Below, in pieces: positions 49,301 to 64,000 of a stretch of DNA of 64,000 bases (within the stretch, counting starts at the first letter, position 1; each line of letters begins with the position of its first letter). Under the pieces are notes generated by a model that saw only the letters and a program-made list of their open reading frames with translations, had not been told where the DNA came from and did not search any database. This stretch comes from Neoechinorhynchus agilis (taxonomy: Eukaryota; Animalia; Acanthocephala), in contig JBMGUZ010000008.1 in the NCBI GenBank assembly GCA_051530055.1, forward strand, positions 1 through 64,000, read 5' to 3'. The translations under genes and the position numbers were made by a program.

Positions 49301-52300
49301 AAAATATTAATCAAAAAATGTTAAATACAAATATCGAGATTCGGAAAAGCCTTAGTCATCCGTTGCGCCATCATGCATTTTCAGCAATCACGCGAATGTA
49401 CGGAAATTTCATCCTCGACTTGGACTATAGAAACGATATCTAGGCTCATTAGAAAAGAAAAAATATTTAAAAAAAAAATAGTTAAATACAAATATCGTAG
49501 ATTCGGGAAAAGCCTCAGTCATCCGTTTCGCCATCATGCATTTTCTGCAATCACGCGAATATACGGAAATTTCATCCTCCACTTGGACTATATAAACGAT
49601 ATCTAGGCTCATTAAACAAAAAAATATTCAAGTCAAAAAAATCGTTAAATACAAATATCGAAGATTCGGGAAAAAGCCTCAGCCATCCGTCGCGCCATCA
49701 TGCATTTTCAGCAATCACGCGAACAAACGGAAATTTCATCCTCGACTTGGACTATAGAAACCATATCTAAGCTATTTAAACAAGAAAAAATATTTAAATC
49801 AAAAAAATAGTTAAATAAAAATATCGATGAATCGGGAAAAGCATCTGTCATCCGTTGCGCCATCATGCATTTTCAGCAATCACGCGAATAAATGGAAATT
49901 TCATCCTCGACTTGGACAATAGAAACGATATCTAAGCTCATTAAACAAAAAAAATATTTAAATAAAAAAAATGAATACAAATATCGTAGATTCGGGAAAA
50001 GCCTCAGTCATCCGTTGCGCCATCATGCTTTTCAGAATCACGCGAATATACGGAAATTTCATCCTCGACTTGGACTATAGAAACCATATCTAAGCTCATT
50101 AAACAAGAAAAAATATTTAAATTAAAAAAATAGTTAAATAAAAACATCGAAGAATCGGGAAAAGCCTCTGTCATCCGTTGCGCCATTATGCACTTTCAGC
50201 AATCACGCGAATAAATGGAAATTTCATCCTCGACTTGGACAATAGAAACGATATCTAAGCTCATTAAAAAAAATATTCAAATCCAAAAAAAATTAGATAC
50301 AAATATCATAGATTCGGGAAAAGCCTCAGTCACCCGTTGCGCCATCATGCATTTTCAGCAATCACGCGAACAAACGGAAATTTCATCCTCGACTTGGACT
50401 ATAGAAACGATATCTAAGCTCATTAAACAAGAAAAAATATTCAATTCAAAAAAATAGTAAAATACAAATATCGTAGATTCGGAAAAAGCCTCAGTCATCC
50501 GTTGCGCAATCATGCATTTTCAGCAATCACGCGAATAAACGGAAATTTCATCCTCGACTTGGACAATAGAAACGATATCTAAGCTCATTAAACAAGAAAA
50601 AATATTTAAATAAAAAAAATGAATACAAATATCGTAGATTCGGGAAAAGCCTCAGTCATCCGTTGCGCCATCATGCATTTTCAGCAATCACGCGAATATA
50701 CGGAAATTTCATCCTCGACTTGGACTATAGAAACCATATCTAAGCTCATTAAACAAGAAAAAATATTTAAATAAAAAAAATAGTTAAATACAAATATCGT
50801 AGATTCGGGAAAAGCCTCTGTCATCCGTTGCGCCATCATGCATTTTCAGCAATCACGCGAATAAATGGAAATTTCATCCTCGACTTGGACAATAGAAACG
50901 ATATCTAAGCTCATTAAAAAAGAAAAAATAATTTAATAAAAAAAAGTTAAATACAAATATCATAGATTCGGGAAAAGCCTCAGTCACCCGTTGCGCCATC
51001 ATGCATTTTCAGCAATCACGCGAACAAACGGAAATTTCATCCTCGACTTGGACTATAGAAACGATATCTAAGCTCATTAAACAAGAAAAAATATTCAATT
51101 CAAAAAAATAGTAAAATAACAAATATCGTAGATTCGGAAAAAGCCTCAGTCATCCGTTGCGCAATCATGCATTTTCAGCAATCACGCGAATAAACGGAAA
51201 TTTCATCCTCGACTTGGACAATAGAAACGATATCTAAGCTCATTAAATAAGAAAAAATATATAAATCAAAAAAATAGTTAAATACAAATATCGTAGATTC
51301 GGGAAAAGTTTCAGTCATCCGTTGCGCAATCATGCATTTTCAGCAATCACGCGAATATACGGAAATTTCATCCTCGACTTGGACTATAGAAACGATATCT
51401 AAGCTCATTAAACAAGAAAAAATATTTAAATAAAAAAATAGTTAAATACAAATATCATAGATTCGGGAAAAGCCTCTGTCATCCGTTGCGCCATCATGCA
51501 TTTTCAGCAATCACGCGAATATACGGAAATTTCATCCTCGACTTGGACTATAGAAACGATATCTAAGCTCATTAAAAAAGAAAAAATATTTAAATCAAAA
51601 AAATAGTTAAATACAAATATCGTAGATTCGGGAAAAGCATCAGTCATCCGTTGCGCAATCATGCATTTTCAGCAATCACGCGAATATACGGAAATTTCAT
51701 CCTCGACTTGGACTATAGAAACGATATCTAAGCTCATTAAACAAGAAAAAATATTTAAATAAAAAATAGTTAAATACAAATATCATAGATTCGGGAAAAG
51801 CCTCTGTCATCCGTTGCGCCATCATGCATTTTCAGCAATCACGCGAATATACGGAAATTTCATCCTCGACCTTGACTATAGAAACCATATCTAAGCTCAT
51901 TAAACAAGAAAAAATATTTAAATCAAAAAAATAGCTAAATAAAATATCGATGAATCGGGAAAAGCTTCTGTCATCCGTTGCGCCATTATGCTATTTCAGC
52001 AATCCCGCGAATAAATGGAAATTTCATCCTCGACTTGGACAATAGAAACGATATCTAAGCTCATTAAACAAAAAATATTGAAATCCAAAAAAAAATTAAA
52101 TACAAATATCGTAGATTCGGGAAAAGCCTCAGTCATCCGTTGCGCCATCATGCATTTTCAGCAATCACGCGAATATACGGAAATTTCATCCTCGACCTTG
52201 ACTATAGAAACGATATCTAAGCTCATTAAACAAGAAAAAATATTTAAATAAAAAAATAGTTAAATACAAATATCGTAGATTCGGGAAAAGCTCTGTCATC

Positions 52301-55300
52301 CGTTGCGCCATCATGCATTTTCAGCAATCACGCGAATATACGGAAATTTCATCCTCGACTTGGACTATAGAAACCATATCTAAGCTCATTAAACAAAAAA
52401 AATATTTAAATAAAAAATAGTTAAATACAAATATCGTAGATTCGGGAAAAGCCTCTGTCATCCGTTGCGCCATCATGCATTTTCAGCAATCACGCGAATA
52501 TACGGAAATTTCATCCTCGACTTGGACATAACATATCTAGCTTAAAAAAAATTTAATAAAAAATAAATAGGTGGGGTTGTTGGTTGTTTGTGTAGGAAAT
52601 TTCATCCTCGACTTGACATAGAAACGATATCTAAGCTCATTAAAAAAAAAAAATTAAAATATCGATTCGGGAAAAGCTCAGTCATCCGTTGCGCCATCAT
52701 GCATTTTCAGCAATCACGCGAATATACGGAAATTTCATCCTCGACTTGGACTATAGAAACGATATCTAAGCTCATTAAACAAGAAAAAATATTTAAATAA
52801 AAAAATAGTTAAATACAAATATCGATGATTCGGGAAAAGCCTCTGTCATCCGTTGCGCCATTATGCATTTTCAGCAATCACGCGAATATACGGAAATTTC
52901 ATCCTCGACTTGGACTATAGAAACGATATCTAAGCTCATTAAACAAGAAAAAATATTTAAATAAAAAAAATAGTTAAATACAAATATCGTAGATTCGGGA
53001 AAAGCCTCTGTCATCCGTTGCGCCATCATGCATTTTCAGCAATCACGCGAATATACGGAAATTTCATCCTCGACCTTGACTATAGAAACCATATCTAAGC
53101 TCATTAAACAAGAAAAAATATTTAAATCAAAAAAATAGTAAATAAAAATATCGTGATCGGGAAAAGCTCTGTCATCCGTTGCGCCATATGTTTCAGCAAT
53201 CCGCGAATAAGGAAATTTCATCCTCGACTTGGACATAGAAACTATCAGCTCATTAAAAAAAATATTAAATCCAAAAAAATTAAATACAAATATCGTAGAT
53301 TCGGGAAAAGCCTCAGTCATCCGTTGCGCCATCATGCATTTTCAGCAATCACGCGAATATACGGAAATTTCATCCTCGACCTTGACTATAGAAACCATAT
53401 CTAAGCTCATTAAACAAGAAAAAATATTTAAATAAAAAAATAGTTAAATACAAATATCGTAGATTCGGGAAAAGCCTCTGTCATCCGTTGCGCCATATGC
53501 ATTTTCAGCAATCACGCGAATATACGGAAATTTCATCCTCGACTTGGACTATAGAAACCATATCTAAGCTCATTAAACAAAAAAATATTTAAATCAAAAA
53601 AATAGTTAAATACAAATATCGCAGATTCGGGAAAAGCCTCTGTCATCCGTTGCGCCATGATGCATTTTCAGCAATCACGCGAATATACGGAAATTTCATC
53701 CTCGACCTTGACTATAGAAACCATATCTAAGCTCATTAAACAAGAAAAAATATTTAATAAAAAAATAGTTAAATACAAATATCGCAGATTCGGGAAAAGC
53801 CTCAGTCATCCGTTGCGCCATCATGCATTTTCAGCAATCAAGCGAATATGCGGAAATTTCATCCTCGACTTGGACTATGGAAACGATATCTAAGCTCATT
53901 AAACAAGAAAAAATATCTAAATCAAAAAAATAGTTAAATAAAAATATCGATGATTCAGGAAAAGCCTCAAGCTCATTAAACAAGAAAAAATATTTAAATC
54001 AAAAAAATAGTTAAATACAAATATCGTAGATTCGGGAAAAGCATCTGTCATCCGTTGCGGCATCATGCATTTTCAGCAATATCGCGAATATAGGGAAATT
54101 TCATCCTCGACTTGGACTATAGAAACCATATCTAACCTCATAAAACAAGAAAAAATATTTAAATCAAAAAAATAGTTAAATACAAATATCGTAGATTCGG
54201 GAAAAGCCTCTGTCACCCGTTGCGCCATCATGCATTTTCAGCAATCACGCGAATATACGGAAATTTTATCCTCGACTTGGACAATACAAACGATATCTAA
54301 GCTAATTAAACAAGAAAAAATATTTGAATAAAAAAATAGTTAAATAAAAATACCGATGAATCGGGAAAAGCCACTGTCATCCGTTGCGCCATTATGCATT
54401 TTCAGCAATCACGCGAATAAATGGAAATTTCATCCTCGACTTGTACAATAGAAACGATATCTAAGCTCATTAAACAAAAAATATTTAAATCCAAAAAAAT
54501 ATTTAAATCAAAAAAATAGTTATTTAAAAATATCGATGAATCGGGAAAAGCTTCTGTCATCCGTTGCGCCATTATGCATTTTCAGCAATCACGCGAATAT
54601 ACGGAAATTTCATCCTCGACTTGGACTATAGAAACCATATCTAAGCTCATTAAACAAGAAAAAATATTTAAATCAAAAAAATAGTTAAATAAAAATATCG
54701 ATGAATCGGGAAAAGCCACTGTCATCCGTTGCGCCATTATGCATTTTCAGCAATATCGCGAATAAATGGAAATTTCATCCTCGACTTGGACTATAGAAAC
54801 GATATCTAAGCTCATTAAACAAGAAAATATTTAAATAAAAAATAGTTAAATACAAATATCGTAGATTCGGGAAAAGCCTCTGTCATCCGTTGCATCATGC
54901 ATTTTCAGCAATCGCGAATAAGGAAATTTCATCCTCGACTTGGACTATAGAAACGATATCTAAGCTCATTAAACAAAAAAATATTTTAATCAAAAAATAG
55001 TTAAATACAAATATCGTAGATTCGGGAAAAGCCTCGGTCATCCGTTGCGCCATCATGCATTTTCAGCAATCACGCGAATATACGGAAATTTCATCCTCGA
55101 CTTGGACTACAGAAACCATATCTAAGCTCATAAAACAAAAAATATTTAAATCAAATAAATAGTTAAATACAAATATCGAAGATTCGGGAAAAGCCTCAGT
55201 CATCCGTCGCGCCATCATGCATTTTCAGCAATCACGCGAATATACGGAAATTTCATCCTCGACTTGGACTATAGAAACCATATCTAAGCTCATTAAACAA

Positions 55301-58300
55301 GAAAAAATATTCAAATCAAAAAAATAGTATAATAAAAATATCGATGATTCAGGAAAAGCCTCAAGCTCATTAAACCAGAAAAAATATTTTAATCAAAAAA
55401 TAGTTAAATACAAATATCGTATATTCGGGAAAAGCCTCAGTCATCCGTTGCGCCATCATGCATTTTCAGCAATATCGCGAATATACGGAAATTTCATCCT
55501 CGACTTGGACTATAGAAACCATATCTAAGCTCAAAAAACAAGAAAAAATATTTAAATCCAAAAAATAGTTAAATACAAATATCGTAGATTCGGGAAAAGC
55601 CTCTGTCATCCGTTGCGCCATCATGCATTTTCAGCAATCACGCGAATATACGGAAATTTCATCCTCGACTTGGACAATAGAAACGATATCTAGGCTCATT
55701 AAACAAAAAATATTTAAATCCAAAAAAATGAATACAAATATCGCAGATTCGGGAAAAGCCTCAGTCATCCGTTGCGCCATCATGCATTTTCAGCAATCAC
55801 GCGAATATACGGAAATTTCATCCTCGACTTGGACTATAGAAACCATATCTAAGCTCATTAAACAAGAAAAAATATTTAAATCAAAAAAATAGTATAATAA
55901 AAATATCGATGATTCAGGAAAAGCCTCAAGCTCATTAAAAAAGAAAAAATATTTTAATCAAAAAATAGTTAAATACAAATATCGTATATTCGGGAAAAGC
56001 CTCAGTCATCCGTTGCGCCATCATGCATTTTCAGCAATCACGCGAATATACGGAAATTTCTTCCTCGACTTGGACTATAGAAACGATATCTAAGCTCATT
56101 TAACAAGAAAAAATATTTAAATAAAAAAATAGTTAAATACAAATATCATAGATTCGGGAAAAGCCTCTGTCATCCGTTGCGCCATCATGCATTTTCAGCA
56201 ATCAGGCGAATATACAGAAATTTCATCCTCGACTTGGACTATAGAAACGATATCTAAGCTCATTAAAAAAGAAAAAATATTTAAATCAAAAAAATAGTTA
56301 AATACAAATATCGTAGATTCGGAAAAGGCATCAGTCATCCGTTGCGCATTCATGCATTTTCAGCAATCACGCGAATATACGGAAATTTCATCATCGACTT
56401 GGACTATAGAAACGATATCTAAGCTCATTAAACAAGAAAAAATATTCAAATCAAAAAAATAGTTAAATACAAATATCGTAGATTCGGGAAAAGCCTCTGT
56501 CATCCGTTGCGCCATCATGCATTTTCAGCAATCACGCGAATATACAGAAATTTCATCCTCGACCTTCGGGAAAAGCCTCAGTCATCCGTTGCGCCATCAT
56601 GCATTTTCAGCAATCACGCGAATATACGGAAATTTCATCCTCGAATTGGACAATAGAAACGATATCTAAGCTCATTAAAAAAGAAAAAATATTTAAATCA
56701 AAAAAATAGTTAAATACAAATATCGTAGATTCGGAAAAGGCCTCAGTCATCCGTTGCGCATTCATGCATTTTCAGAAATATCGCGAATATACGGAAATTT
56801 CATCCTCGACTTGGACTATAGAAACGATATCTAAGCTCATTAAACAAGAAAAAATATTTAAATAAAAAAATAGTTAAATACAAATATCATAGATTCGGGA
56901 AAAGCCTCTGTCATCCGTTGCGCCATCATGCATTTTCAGCAATCACGCGAATATACAGAAATTTCATCCTCGACTTGGACTATAGAAACCATATCTAAGC
57001 TCATAAAACAAAAAATATTAAAATTAACAAAATAGTTAAATACAAATATCGAAGATTCGGGAAAAGCCTCAGTCATCCGTCGCGCCATCATGCATTTTCA
57101 GGAATAACGCGAACAAACGGAAATTTCATCATCGACTTGGACAATAGAAACGATATCTAAGCTCATTAAAAAAGAAAAAATATTTAAATCAAAAAATAGT
57201 TAAATACAAATATCGTAGATTCGGAAAAGGTCTTAGTCATCCGTTGCGCCATCATGCATTTTCAGCAATCACGCGAATGTACGGAAATTTACTCCTCGAC
57301 TTGGACTATAGAAACGATATCTAAGCTCATTAGAAAAGAAAAAATATTTAAATAAAAAAAATAGTTAAATACAAATATCGTAGCTTCGGGAAAAGCCTCA
57401 GTCATCCGTTTCGCCATCATGCATTTTCAGCAATCACGCGAATAAATGGAAATTTCATCCTCGACTTGGACAATAGAAAAGATATCTAAGCTCATTAAAC
57501 AAAAAAAATTTAAATAAAAAAAATGAATACAAATATCGTAGATTCGGGAAAAGCCTCAGTCATCCGTTGCGCCATTATGAATTTTCAGCAATCACGCGAA
57601 TATGCGGAAATTTCATCCTCGACTTGGACTATAGAAAGCATATCATAGCTCATTAAACAAGAAAAAATATTTAAATTAAAAAAATAGTTAAATACAAATA
57701 TCGATGATTCGGGAAAAGCCTCTGTCATCCGTTGCGCCATTTGCATTTTCAGCAATCACGCGAATAAATGGAAATTTCATCCTCGACTTGGACAATAGAA
57801 ACGATATCTAAGCTCATTAAACAAAAAATATTTAAATCAAAAAAATTAATACAAATATCGTAGATTCGGGAAAAGCCTCAGTCATCCGTTGCGCCATCAT
57901 GCATTTTCAGCAATCACGCGAATATACGGAAATTTCATCCTCGACTTGGACATAGAAACGATATCTAAGCTCATTAAAAAAAAATATTAAATAAAAAAAT
58001 TAAATACAAATATCGTAGATTCGGGAAAAGCCTCAGTCATCCGTTGCGCCATCATGCTTTTCAGCAATCACGCGAATATACGGAAATTTCATCCTCGACT
58101 TGGACTATAGAAACGATATCTAAGCTCATTAAACAAGAAAAAATATTTAAATAAAAAAATAGTTAAATAAAATATCATGATCGGGAAAAGCCTCTGTCAT
58201 CCGTTGCGCCATTATGCATTTTCAGCAATCACGCGAATATACGGAAATTTCATCCTCGACTTGGACAATAGAAACGATATCTAAGCTCATTAAACAAAAA

Positions 58301-61300
58301 ATATTTAAATCCAAAAAAAATTAGATACAAATATCGTAGATTCGGGAAAAGCCTCAGTCATCCGTTGCGCCATCATGCATTTTCAGCAATCACGCGAATA
58401 TACGGAAATTTCATATCCGTTGCGCCATTATGCTATTTCGCAATCACGCGAATAAATGGAAATTTCATCCTCGACTTGGACAATAGAAACGATATCTAAG
58501 CTCATTAAACAAAAAATATTGAAATCCAAAAAAAATTAAATACAAATATCGTAGATTCGGGAAAAGCCTCAGTCATCCGTTGCGCCATCATGCATTTTCA
58601 GCAATCACGCGAATATACGGAAATTTCATCCTCGACTTGGACTATAGAAACGATATCTAAGCTCATTAAACAAGAAAAAATATTTAAATCAAAAAAATAG
58701 CTAAATAAAAATATCGATGAATCGGGAAAAGCTTCTGTCATCCGTTGCGCCATTATGCATTTTCAGCAATCACGCGAATATACGGAAATTTCATCCTCGA
58801 CTTGGACTATAGAAACCATATCTAAGCTCATTAAAAAAGAAAAAATATTTAAATCAAAAAAATAGTTAAATACAAATATCGTAGATTCGGGAAAAGCCTC
58901 AGTCATCCGTTGCGCCATCATGCATTTTCAGCAATCACGCGAATATACGGAAATTTCATCCTCGACTTGGACTATGATATCTAAGCTCATTAAACAAGAA
59001 AAAATATTTAAATAAAAAAATAGTTAAATACAAATATCGTAGATTCGGGAAAAGCCTCAGTCATCCGTTGCGCCATCATGCATTTTCAGCAATCACGCGA
59101 ATATACGGAAATTTCATCCTCGATGACTATAGAAACCATATCTAAGCTCATTAAAAAAGAAAAAATATTTAAATCAAAAAATAGTTAAATACAAATATCG
59201 TAGATTCGGGACAAGCCTCAGTCATCCGTTGCGCCATCATGCATTTTCAGCAATCACGCGAATATACGGAAATTTCATCGTCGACTTGGACTATAGAAAC
59301 CACATCTTAGCTAAAAAAACAAAAAAATATTCCAGTCGAAAAAATAGTTAAATACAAATATCGTAGATTCGGGAAAAGCCTCTGTCATCCGTTGCGCCAT
59401 CATGCATTTTCAGCAATCACGCGAATATACGGAAATTTCATCCTCGACTTGGACTATAGAAACCATATCTAAGCTCATTAAAAAAGAAAAAATATTTAAA
59501 TCAAAAAATAGTTAAATACAAATATCGTAGATTCGGGAAAAGCCTCAGTCATCCGTTGCGCCATCATGCATTTTCAGCAATCACGCGAATATACGGAAAT
59601 TTCATCCTTGACTTTGACTATAGAAACCATATCTAAGCTCATAAAACAAAAAAATATTTAAATCAAAAAATAGTTAAATACAAATATCGTAGATTCGGGA
59701 AAAGCCTCAGTAATCCGTTGCGCCATCATGCATTTTAAGCAATCACGCGAATATACGGAAATTTCATCCTCGACCTTGACTATAGAAACCATATCTAAGC
59801 TCATAAAACAAGAAAAAATATTTAAGTCGAAAAAATAGTTAAATACAAATATCGTAGATTCGGGAAAAGCCTCAGTCATCCGTTGCGCCATCATGCATTT
59901 TCAGCAATCACGCGAACAAACGGAAATTTCATCCTCGACTTGGACTATAGATACCACATCTAAGCTCATAAAACAAAAAAATATTTAGATCAAAAAAATA
60001 GTTAAATACAAATATCGTAGATTCGGGAAAAGCCTCAGTCATCCGTTGCGCCATCATGATTTTTCAGCAATCACGCGAATATACGGAAATTTCATCCTCG
60101 ACTTAGACTATAGAAACCATATCTAAGCTCATAAAACAAGAAAAAATATTTAAATCAAAAAAATAGTTAAATACAAATATCGTAGATTCGGGAAAAGCCT
60201 CAGTCATCCGTTGCGCCATCATGCATTTTCAGCAATCACGCGAATATACGGAAATTTCATCCTCGACTTGGACTATAGAAACCATATCTAAGCTCATAAA
60301 ACAAGAAAAAATATTTAAATCAAAAAAATAGTTAAATACAAATATCGTAGATTCGGGAAAAGCTTCAGTCATCCGTTGCGCCATCATGCATTTTCAGCAA
60401 TCACGCGAATATACGGAAATTTCATCCTCGATCTTGACTATAGAAACCATATCTAAGCTCATAAAACAAGAAAAAATATTTAAATAAAAAAATAGTTAAA
60501 TACAAATATCGTAGATTCGGGAAAAGCCTCAGTCATCCGTTGCGCCATCATGATTTTTCAGCAATAACGCGAATATACGGAAATTTCATCCTCGACCTTG
60601 ACTATAGAAACCATATCTAAGCTCATTAAAAAAGAAAAAATATTTAAATAAAAAAAATAGTTAAATACAAATATCGTAGATTCGGGAAAAGCATCTGTCA
60701 TCCGTTGCGCCATCATGCATTTTCAGGAATCACGCGAATATATTGAAATTTCATCCTCGACTTGGACTATAGAAACCATATCTAAGCTCATAAAACAAAA
60801 AATATTTAAATCCAAAAAAAATTAAATAAAAATATCGATGAATCGGGAAAAGCCTCTGTCATCCGTTGCGCCATCATGCATTTTCAGCAATCACGCGAAT
60901 AAATGGAAATTTCATCCTCGACTTTGACTATAGAAACGATATCTAAGCTCATTAAACAAAAAATATTTAAATCCAAAAAAATTAATACAAATATCGTAGA
61001 TTCGGGAAAAGCCTCGTCATCCGTTGCGCCATCATGCATTTTCAGCAATCACGCGAATATACGGAAATTTCATCCTCGACTTGGACTATAGAAACATATC
61101 TAAGCTCATTAAACAAAAAAATATTTAAATCAAAAAATAGTTAAATACAAATATCGTAGATTCGGGAAAAGCCTCTGTCATCCGTTGCGCCATCATGCAT
61201 TTTCAGCAATCACGCGAATATACGGAAATTTCATCCTCGACTTGGACTATAGAAACCATATCTAAGCTCATTAAACAAAAAATATTTAAATCAAAAAAAA

Positions 61301-64000
61301 GTTAAATACAAATATCGAAGATTCGGGAAAAGCCTCAGTCATCCGTTGCGCCATCATGCATTTTCAGCAATACGCGAATATACGGAAATTTCATCCTCGA
61401 CTTGGACTATAGAAACCATATCTAAGCTCATTAAAAAAGAAAAAATATTTAAATCAAAAAAAATAGTTAAATACAAATATCGTAGATTCGGGAAAAGCCT
61501 CAGTCATCCGTTGCGCCATCATGCATTTTCAGCAATCACGCGAATATACGGAAATTTCATCCTCGACTTGGACTATAGAAACCATATCTAAGCTCATTAA
61601 AAAAGAAAAAATATTTAAATAAAAAAATAGTTAAATACAAATATCGTAGATTCGGGAAAAGCCTCAGTCATCCGTTGCGCCATCATGCATTTTCAGCAAT
61701 CACGCGAATATACGGAAATTTCATCCTCGACTTGGACTATAGAAACCATATCTAAGCTCATTAAAAAAGAAAAAATATTTAAATAAAAAAATAGTTAAAT
61801 ACAAATATCGTAGATTCGGGAAAAGCCTCAGTCATCCGTTGCGCCATCATGCATTTTCAGCAATCACGCGAATATACGGAAATTTCATCCTCGACTTGGA
61901 CTATAGAAACCATATCTAAGCTCATAAAACAAAAAATATTTAAATCAAAAAATAGTTAAATACAAATATCGTAGATTCGGGAAAAGCCTCAGTCATCCGT
62001 TGCGCCATCATGCATTTTCAGCAATCACGCGAATATACGGAAATTTCATCCTCGACTTGGACTATAGAAACCATATCTAAGCTCATTAAAAAAGAAATAA
62101 TATTTAAATAAAAAAATAGTTAAATACAAATATCGTAGATTCGGGAAAAGCCTCAGTAATCCGTTGCGCCATCATGCATTTTCAGCAATCACGCGAATAT
62201 ACGGAAATTTCATCCTCGACTTTGACTATAGAAACCATATCTAAGCTCATAAAAAAAGAAAAAATATTTAAATCAAAAAAATAGTTAAATACAAATATCG
62301 TAGATTCGGGAAAAGCCTCAGTCATCCGTTGCGCCATCATGCATTTTCAGCAATCACGCGAATATACGGAAATTTCATCCTCGACTTGGACTATAGAAAC
62401 CATATCTAAGCTCATTAAAAAAGAAAAAATATTTAAATCAAAAAAATAGTTAAATACAAATATCGTAGATTCGGGAAAAGCCTCAGTCATCCGTTGCGCC
62501 ATCATGCATTTTCAGCAATCACGCGAATATACGGAAATTTCATCCTCGACTTGGACTATAGAAACCATATCTAAGCTCATTAAAAAAGAAAAAATATTTA
62601 AATCAAAAAAATAGTTAAATACAAATATCGTAGATTCGGGAAAAGCCTCAGTCATCCGTTGCGCCATCATGCATTTTCAGCAATCACGCGAATATACGGA
62701 AATTTCATCCTCGACTTGGACTATAGAAACCATATCTAAGCTCATAAAAAAGAAAAAATATTTAAATCCAAAAAATAGTTAAATACAAATATCGTAGATT
62801 CGGGAAAAGCCTCAGTCATCCGTTGCGCCATCATGCATTTTCAGCAATCACGCGAATATACGGAAATTTCATCCTCGACTTGGACTATAGAAACCATATC
62901 TAAGCTCATTAAAAAAGAAAAAATATTTAAATCAAAAAAAAGTTAAATACAAATATCGTAGATTCGGGAAAAGCCTCAGTCATCCGTTGCGCCATCATGC
63001 ATTTTCAGCAATCACGCGAATATACGGAAATTTCATCCTCGACTTGGACTATAGAAACCATATCTAAGCTCATTAAAAAAGAAAAAATATTTAAATCAAA
63101 AAAAATAGTTAAATACAAATATCGTAGATTCGGGAAAAGCCTCAGTCATCCGTTGCGCCATCATGCATTTTCAGCAATCACGCGAATATACGGAAATTTC
63201 ATCCTCGACTTGGACTATAGAAACCATATCTAAGCTCATAAAACAAAAAAATATTTAAGTCAAAAAAATAGTTAAATACAAATATCGTAGATTCGGGAAA
63301 AGCCTCAGTCATCCGTTGCGCCATCATGCATTTTCAGCAATCACGCGAATATACGGAAATTTCATCCTCGACTTGGACTATAGAAACCATATCTAAGCTC
63401 ATTAAAAAAGAAAAAATATTTAAATAAAAAAATAGTTAAATACAAATATCGTAGATTCGGGAAAAGCCTCAGTCATCCGTTGCGCCATCATGCATTTTCA
63501 GCAATCACGCGAATATACGGAAATTTCATCCTCGACTTGGACTATAGAAACCATATCTAAGCTCATAAAACAAGAAAAAATATTTAAATAAAAAAAATAG
63601 TTAAATACAAATATCGTAGATTCGGGAAAAGCCTCAGTCATCCGTTGCGCCATCATGCATTTTCAGCAATCACGCGAATATACGGAAATTTCATCCTCGA
63701 CTTGGACTATAGAAACCATATCTAAGCTCATTAAAAAAGAAAAAATATTTAAATCAAAAAAATAGTTAAATACAAATATCGTAGATTCGGGAAAAGCCTC
63801 AGTCATCCGTTGCGCCATCATGCATTTTCAGCAATCACGCGAATATACGGAAATTTCATCCTCGACCTTGACTATAGAAACCATATCTAAGCTCATAAAA
63901 CAAGAAAAAATATTTAAATAAAAAAAATAGTTAAATACAAATATCGTAGATTCGGGAAAAGCCTCAGTCATCCGTTGCGCCATCATGCATTTTCAGCAAT
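37371..64000. repeat. Satellite DNA array, 162-165-bp monomer, about 160 copies, head-to-tail, running off the window end
   Basis: Consensus tcgtagattcgggaaaagcctcagtcatccgttgcgccatcatgcattttcagcaatcacgcgaatatacggaaatttcatcctcgacttggactatagaaaccatatctaagctcat plus an A-rich linker. Measured periods are 161-162 bp near 37.6-38.3 kb and 164-165 bp near 62.5 kb. Confidence 0.99.

Noticed and set aside
40401-63233. Repeated ORFs (MHFQQSREYTEISSSTWTIET..., MSLDIV...) on both strands
   Set aside because: They are translations of the satellite monomer. They appear and vanish with A-tract indels and have no coding signature.
37371-64000. Possible CRISPR-like or tandem ncRNA array
   Set aside because: The whole monomer is repeated with no unique spacers, the context is eukaryotic, and I see no tRNA, 5S or snRNA motifs in the unit.

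Overview
AT-rich eukaryotic window, probably from an invertebrate animal (inferred from the gene and transposon families; most inferred introns are 42-66 nt). It has two halves. (1) 1-37.3 kb mixes genes with decayed transposons. Host genes: a secreted protein resembling a dead M15/Hedgehog-fold peptidase, tRNA-Pro(TGG), a multi-exon UBASH3/STS-type histidine phosphatase with a GC-AG intron, a zf-C2HC protein, a RasGEF-domain gene and a LicD/FKRP-like nucleotidyltransferase. There is also an mRNA-capping-enzyme pseudogene fragment. Mobile DNA: a CRE-clade non-LTR element, into which a structurally complete but defective 4.0-kb Ty3/Gypsy element (135-bp LTRs, GGTAC TSD) and a 5'-truncated RTE element have inserted; a second CRE copy in tandem; a Mag-type Gypsy pol remnant; a Penelope-like remnant; and I/Jockey/L1-type remnants. 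(2) About 37.37 kb to the window end is one uninterrupted satellite array of 162-165-bp monomers (roughly 160 copies), and all ORFs there are artefacts. The most interesting signals are a Gypsy primer-binding site complementary to its own LTR (candidate self-priming), an inverted-repeat insertion that splits the LicD catalytic motif but can be spliced out as a GT-AG intron, and the secreted pseudo-peptidase. All family assignments come from motif recognition by eye; no database search was run.
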